A stretch of DNA of 1,099 bases from Naegleria gruberi (taxonomy: Eukaryota): NCBI GenBank assembly GCA_000004985.1, contig GG739562.1; one strand, 5' to 3'. Both the position numbers and the translations under genes were made by a program. The notes beneath the pieces are model-generated. The model did no database searches. It worked only from the letters and a program-made list of their open reading frames with translations, and had not been told where the DNA came from. Below, piece after piece: positions 1-1,099 of the stretch (the first letter of the stretch is position 1; the number at the start of each line of letters is the position of its first letter).

Positions 1-84
1 CAGAAAATGTGCGTTGTAAACTGGATTTTAAGAGAGGTATCGAATAGAGAATGCCACAAATCAATTTGTCAACTAGTGCTAGGG

Positions 85-91
85 ATTTATA
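85..91 (-). promoter_or_regulatory. TATA-like element TATAAAT on the minus strand (plus strand reads ATTTATA), oriented toward the left window edge
   Basis: Exact match to the TATAAA(T) core read on the minus strand. In ~70% A+T DNA such heptamers arise by chance. It can only be functional if a minus-strand gene lies left of position 1. Confidence 0.15.
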
Positions 92-144
92 TTGAGTTTT
101 TGTGTCGATGAAACTCAAAATTACGACCCAAATTTCATTGAGAT

Positions 145-160
145 GAATTTTGGAAAATTC
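145..160. repeat. 16-bp near-palindrome GAATTTT-gg-AAAATTC (7-bp inverted-repeat arms with a 2-bp spacer); possible dimeric protein-binding site
   Basis: Arms 145-151 (GAATTTT) and 154-160 (AAAATTC) are exact reverse complements. The site sits immediately upstream of GTTTCTTCT copy 1 and overlaps the first AAATTCTG. Confidence 0.35.
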
Positions 161-350
161 TGTTTCTTCTACTTTGGTATTTTGTGTTGATGTTTCATTG
201 CTTGTTTGGCGTTTCTTCTTGTGTTGCTTTCGGATTGGTGAATATTGTGGTGTTTGAAGTGTTTCTTCTTCTAATAATAGGTGAAATGATGACATTTTGT
301 TTGTGTTGTGGAAAATGGTAGAGTTTGAGAGAAAACTATTTAGAGAATTA
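150..350 (+). other. Strand-asymmetric non-coding tract: T+G-rich and C-poor on the plus strand, A+C-rich and G-poor on the minus strand
   Basis: Hand count over 151-360: about 53 G and 16 C in 210 nt, roughly 25% G against under 8% C, with T in large excess over A for 150-310. No track ORF here and stops in all frames. Yeast 5'UTRs and promoters of highly expressed genes read on the sense strand, and some 3'UTRs, often look like the A/C-rich minus-strand version (…CAAACACCACAATATTCACCAATCCGAAAGCAACACAAGAAGAAACGCCAAACAAGCAATGAAACATCAACACAAAATACC…). Confidence 0.5.
162..269 (+). repeat. Three direct copies of the 9-mer GTTTCTTCT (162-170, 211-219, 261-269; copies 2 and 3 extend to GTTTCTTCTT) spaced 49 and 50 bp apart; candidate phased cis-regulatory motif array
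   Basis: Exact 9-mer matches read directly from the sequence. The spacing is ~50 bp. Sequence between copies is not conserved, so this is a repeated short motif and not a tandem minisatellite. Three exact copies of a 9-mer within about 100 bp is unlikely by chance even in T-rich sequence. Confidence 0.5.
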
Positions 351-387
351 AAAGAGGTGACATGAAATTCTGCTGGTTACAAGTTTT

Positions 388-395
388 GAAGAAAC
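388..395 (-). repeat. Inverted copy of the core motif (plus strand reads GAAGAAAC, which is GTTTCTTC on the minus strand)
   Basis: Exact 8-mer reverse complement of the core of the 162/211/261 motif. It lies 16 nt downstream of a second AAATTCTG copy (365-372). The first AAATTCTG copy (155-162) directly abuts motif copy 1. Confidence 0.35.
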
Positions 396-499
396 ATTAC
401 CAGTCTAATAATATTGATATTATGTGACAATGGAGTTTTTCTCAACAACAGTAGGAGATCAAAATATTGATTAATTGTAGAATCACATAATATTAACAT

Positions 500-575
500 T
501 GGTTTTTACATTAATTTGAAATAGAGCTAATATAGAAGTGAAGCAGCTCTTTCAGTTCGGGATGTTGTTTCAATC
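500..575 (-). terminator. Putative 3' UTR and polyadenylation region of the minus-strand gene (yeast-type efficiency-element-like TATATT plus an A-rich tract downstream)
   Basis: Read on the minus strand, about 40 nt after the TAA comes ...TTCTATATTAGCTCTATTTCAAATTAATGTAAAAACC. That stretch has a UAUAUU-like element (plus coordinates ~529-536) followed by A-rich sequence (plus ~500-508). This matches the loose yeast efficiency-element/positioning-element pattern, but such motifs are also common by chance in AT-rich DNA. Confidence 0.25.
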
Positions 576-1099
576 TTATTGCAAATGGCTTGCATATTTA
601 AACTCAAGCAAAGTATTGAACACCCAACGGGTGATCGATTGTCTAACTCTTACATCATCAACATGTAAAATCTCATTTGAGGCATGTTCAATTTTTGATT
701 CATCATCCCCATTAAATTTAATTAATGAATCAATAATATTTTCAAAATCAGCACCTTCCAAATCAATGTTCTCAATTCTTTTTTGACTTAATCCTATACC
801 GCCCTGACTTTTTGAGCTTGACAATAATACTTTAATATTATTGGATGACCATACAGTACAATCATCCTTATTGAGTTCAATACCATTTACATTAAATTTA
901 CCTGTACTTCTGTGTAAAGTCTTGTTGCCAGACGACGGGGATAAATCAATGGGTATTGAAATTGGAATGGTTAAATCAAAAATACCATCTTGTAACACTG
1001 GTAAAACCTTAATAGGTTCAGTTTCAATATATGTTAGTCTATCAAGAACATATTTTTCTATGAATGGTGAAGCAAAGGTTAACTCTAAATTACTATTTC
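576..1099 (-). CDS. 3'-terminal portion (173 codons plus stop) of a protein-coding gene whose 5' end lies beyond the window edge; product unknown (hypothetical protein). Visible C-terminal sequence: ...NSNLELTFASPFIEKYVLDRLTYIETEPIKVLPVLQDGIFDL...ITRWVFNTLLEFKYASHLQ*
   Basis: Seen in sequence: the minus-strand frame is open for 173 consecutive codons from 1097 down to 579, with a TAA stop at 578..576. For ~70% A+T DNA, per-codon stop frequency is about 0.08, so a chance run of 173 stop-free codons is very unlikely. The track's M at 996-998 is a GTG (Val) internal to this frame, and the codons upstream of it (…EPIKVLP) stay in frame to position 1099. Codon usage (TTA/TTG Leu, AGA Arg, GGT Gly, CAA Gln, AAT Asn) is typical of budding-yeast nuclear genes. 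Composition is Ser/Asn/Ile/Asp/Lys-rich with a low-complexity SSSKSQGG patch. I cannot assign a family from memory. Confidence 0.6.
   Translation of the reverse strand, partial: NSNLELTFASPFIEKYVLDRLTYIETEPIKVLPVLQDGIFDLTIPISIPIDLSPSSGNKTLHRSTGKFNVNGIELNKDDCTVWSSNNIKVLLSSSKSQGGIGLSQKRIENIDLEGADFENIIDSLIKFNGDDESKIEHASNEILHVDDVRVRQSITRWVFNTLLEFKYASHLQ

Noticed and set aside
77-91. CTAGGGA adjacent to the TATA-like run, resembling a Tbf1/telobox (TTAGGG) site upstream of a TATAAAT
   Set aside because: One mismatch to the core hexamer, a single copy, and no supporting context such as a downstream ORF or paired sites. Indistinguishable from chance.
151-165. GGAAaaTTCtgTTTC as a heat-shock element
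   Set aside because: Only two contiguous inverted nGAAn units (GAAnnTTC). The third unit is TTT, not GAA, so it does not meet the three-unit HSE consensus.
296-311. TTTGTTTGTGTTGTGG TG-rich run resembling yeast telomeric TG(1-3) repeats
   Set aside because: Too short and irregular, embedded in unique sequence between a gene and other motifs. Better explained as part of the general T/G skew of the region.
150-480. Possibility of a CRISPR array or bacterial-type repeat locus, given regularly spaced short repeats
   Set aside because: The repeats are only 8-9 bp, with no conserved 25-40 bp repeat unit. The codon usage and long ORF-free AT-rich flank argue for a eukaryotic (yeast-like) intergenic region, not a prokaryotic locus.
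538-786. Plus-strand 82-aa ORF from the supplied track (GTG start, MKQLFQFGMLFQ…)
   Set aside because: It lies entirely antisense to the much longer minus-strand open frame (576..1099+). It starts at GTG, which is not used as an initiator in eukaryotic nuclear genes. It has an odd, hydrophobic/Ser-rich composition typical of shadow ORFs opposite a real gene, and no independent support.
996-998. GTG taken by the ORF track as the start of the 140-aa minus-strand protein
   Set aside because: The same frame continues stop-free upstream to the window edge (…TYIETEPIKVLP-V-LQDG…). The GTG is therefore an internal Val codon. The track's start is an artefact of allowing alternative start codons.

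Overview
The window is AT-rich, roughly 30% G+C, and reads like nuclear DNA from a budding yeast (Saccharomycetales-type codon usage). That attribution is inference, not a database match. It has two parts. (1) Positions 576-1099 hold the 3' end of a protein-coding gene on the minus strand. The frame stays open to the right-hand window edge, so the real start lies beyond position 1099. The visible part is 173 codons plus a TAA stop at 578..576. The 140-aa ORF in the supplied track is only the stretch downstream of an internal GTG. I cannot name the product; I see no conserved catalytic or binding motif I recognise. (2) Positions 1-575 hold no ORF long enough to appear in the supplied track and look like a eukaryotic intergenic region or UTR. 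Within it, 150-350 is strongly strand-asymmetric: the plus strand is about 25% G and under 8% C, and T-rich. It carries a 9-mer, GTTTCTTCT, three times in direct orientation at 162, 211 and 261, spaced 49-50 bp apart, plus one inverted copy (GAAGAAAC) at 388-395. Other short motifs there are a 16-bp near-palindrome (GAATTTTggAAAATTC, 145-160), a repeated AAATTCTG and a repeated AATATTGAT. I see no support for CRISPR arrays, tRNA or rRNA genes, mobile-element termini, or bacterial operon structure. The most interesting item is the phased GTTTCTTCT array, which may be a cis-regulatory module for the flanking gene(s); this is speculative. The plus-strand ORF 538..786 is antisense to the minus-strand gene and I treat it as a shadow ORF.
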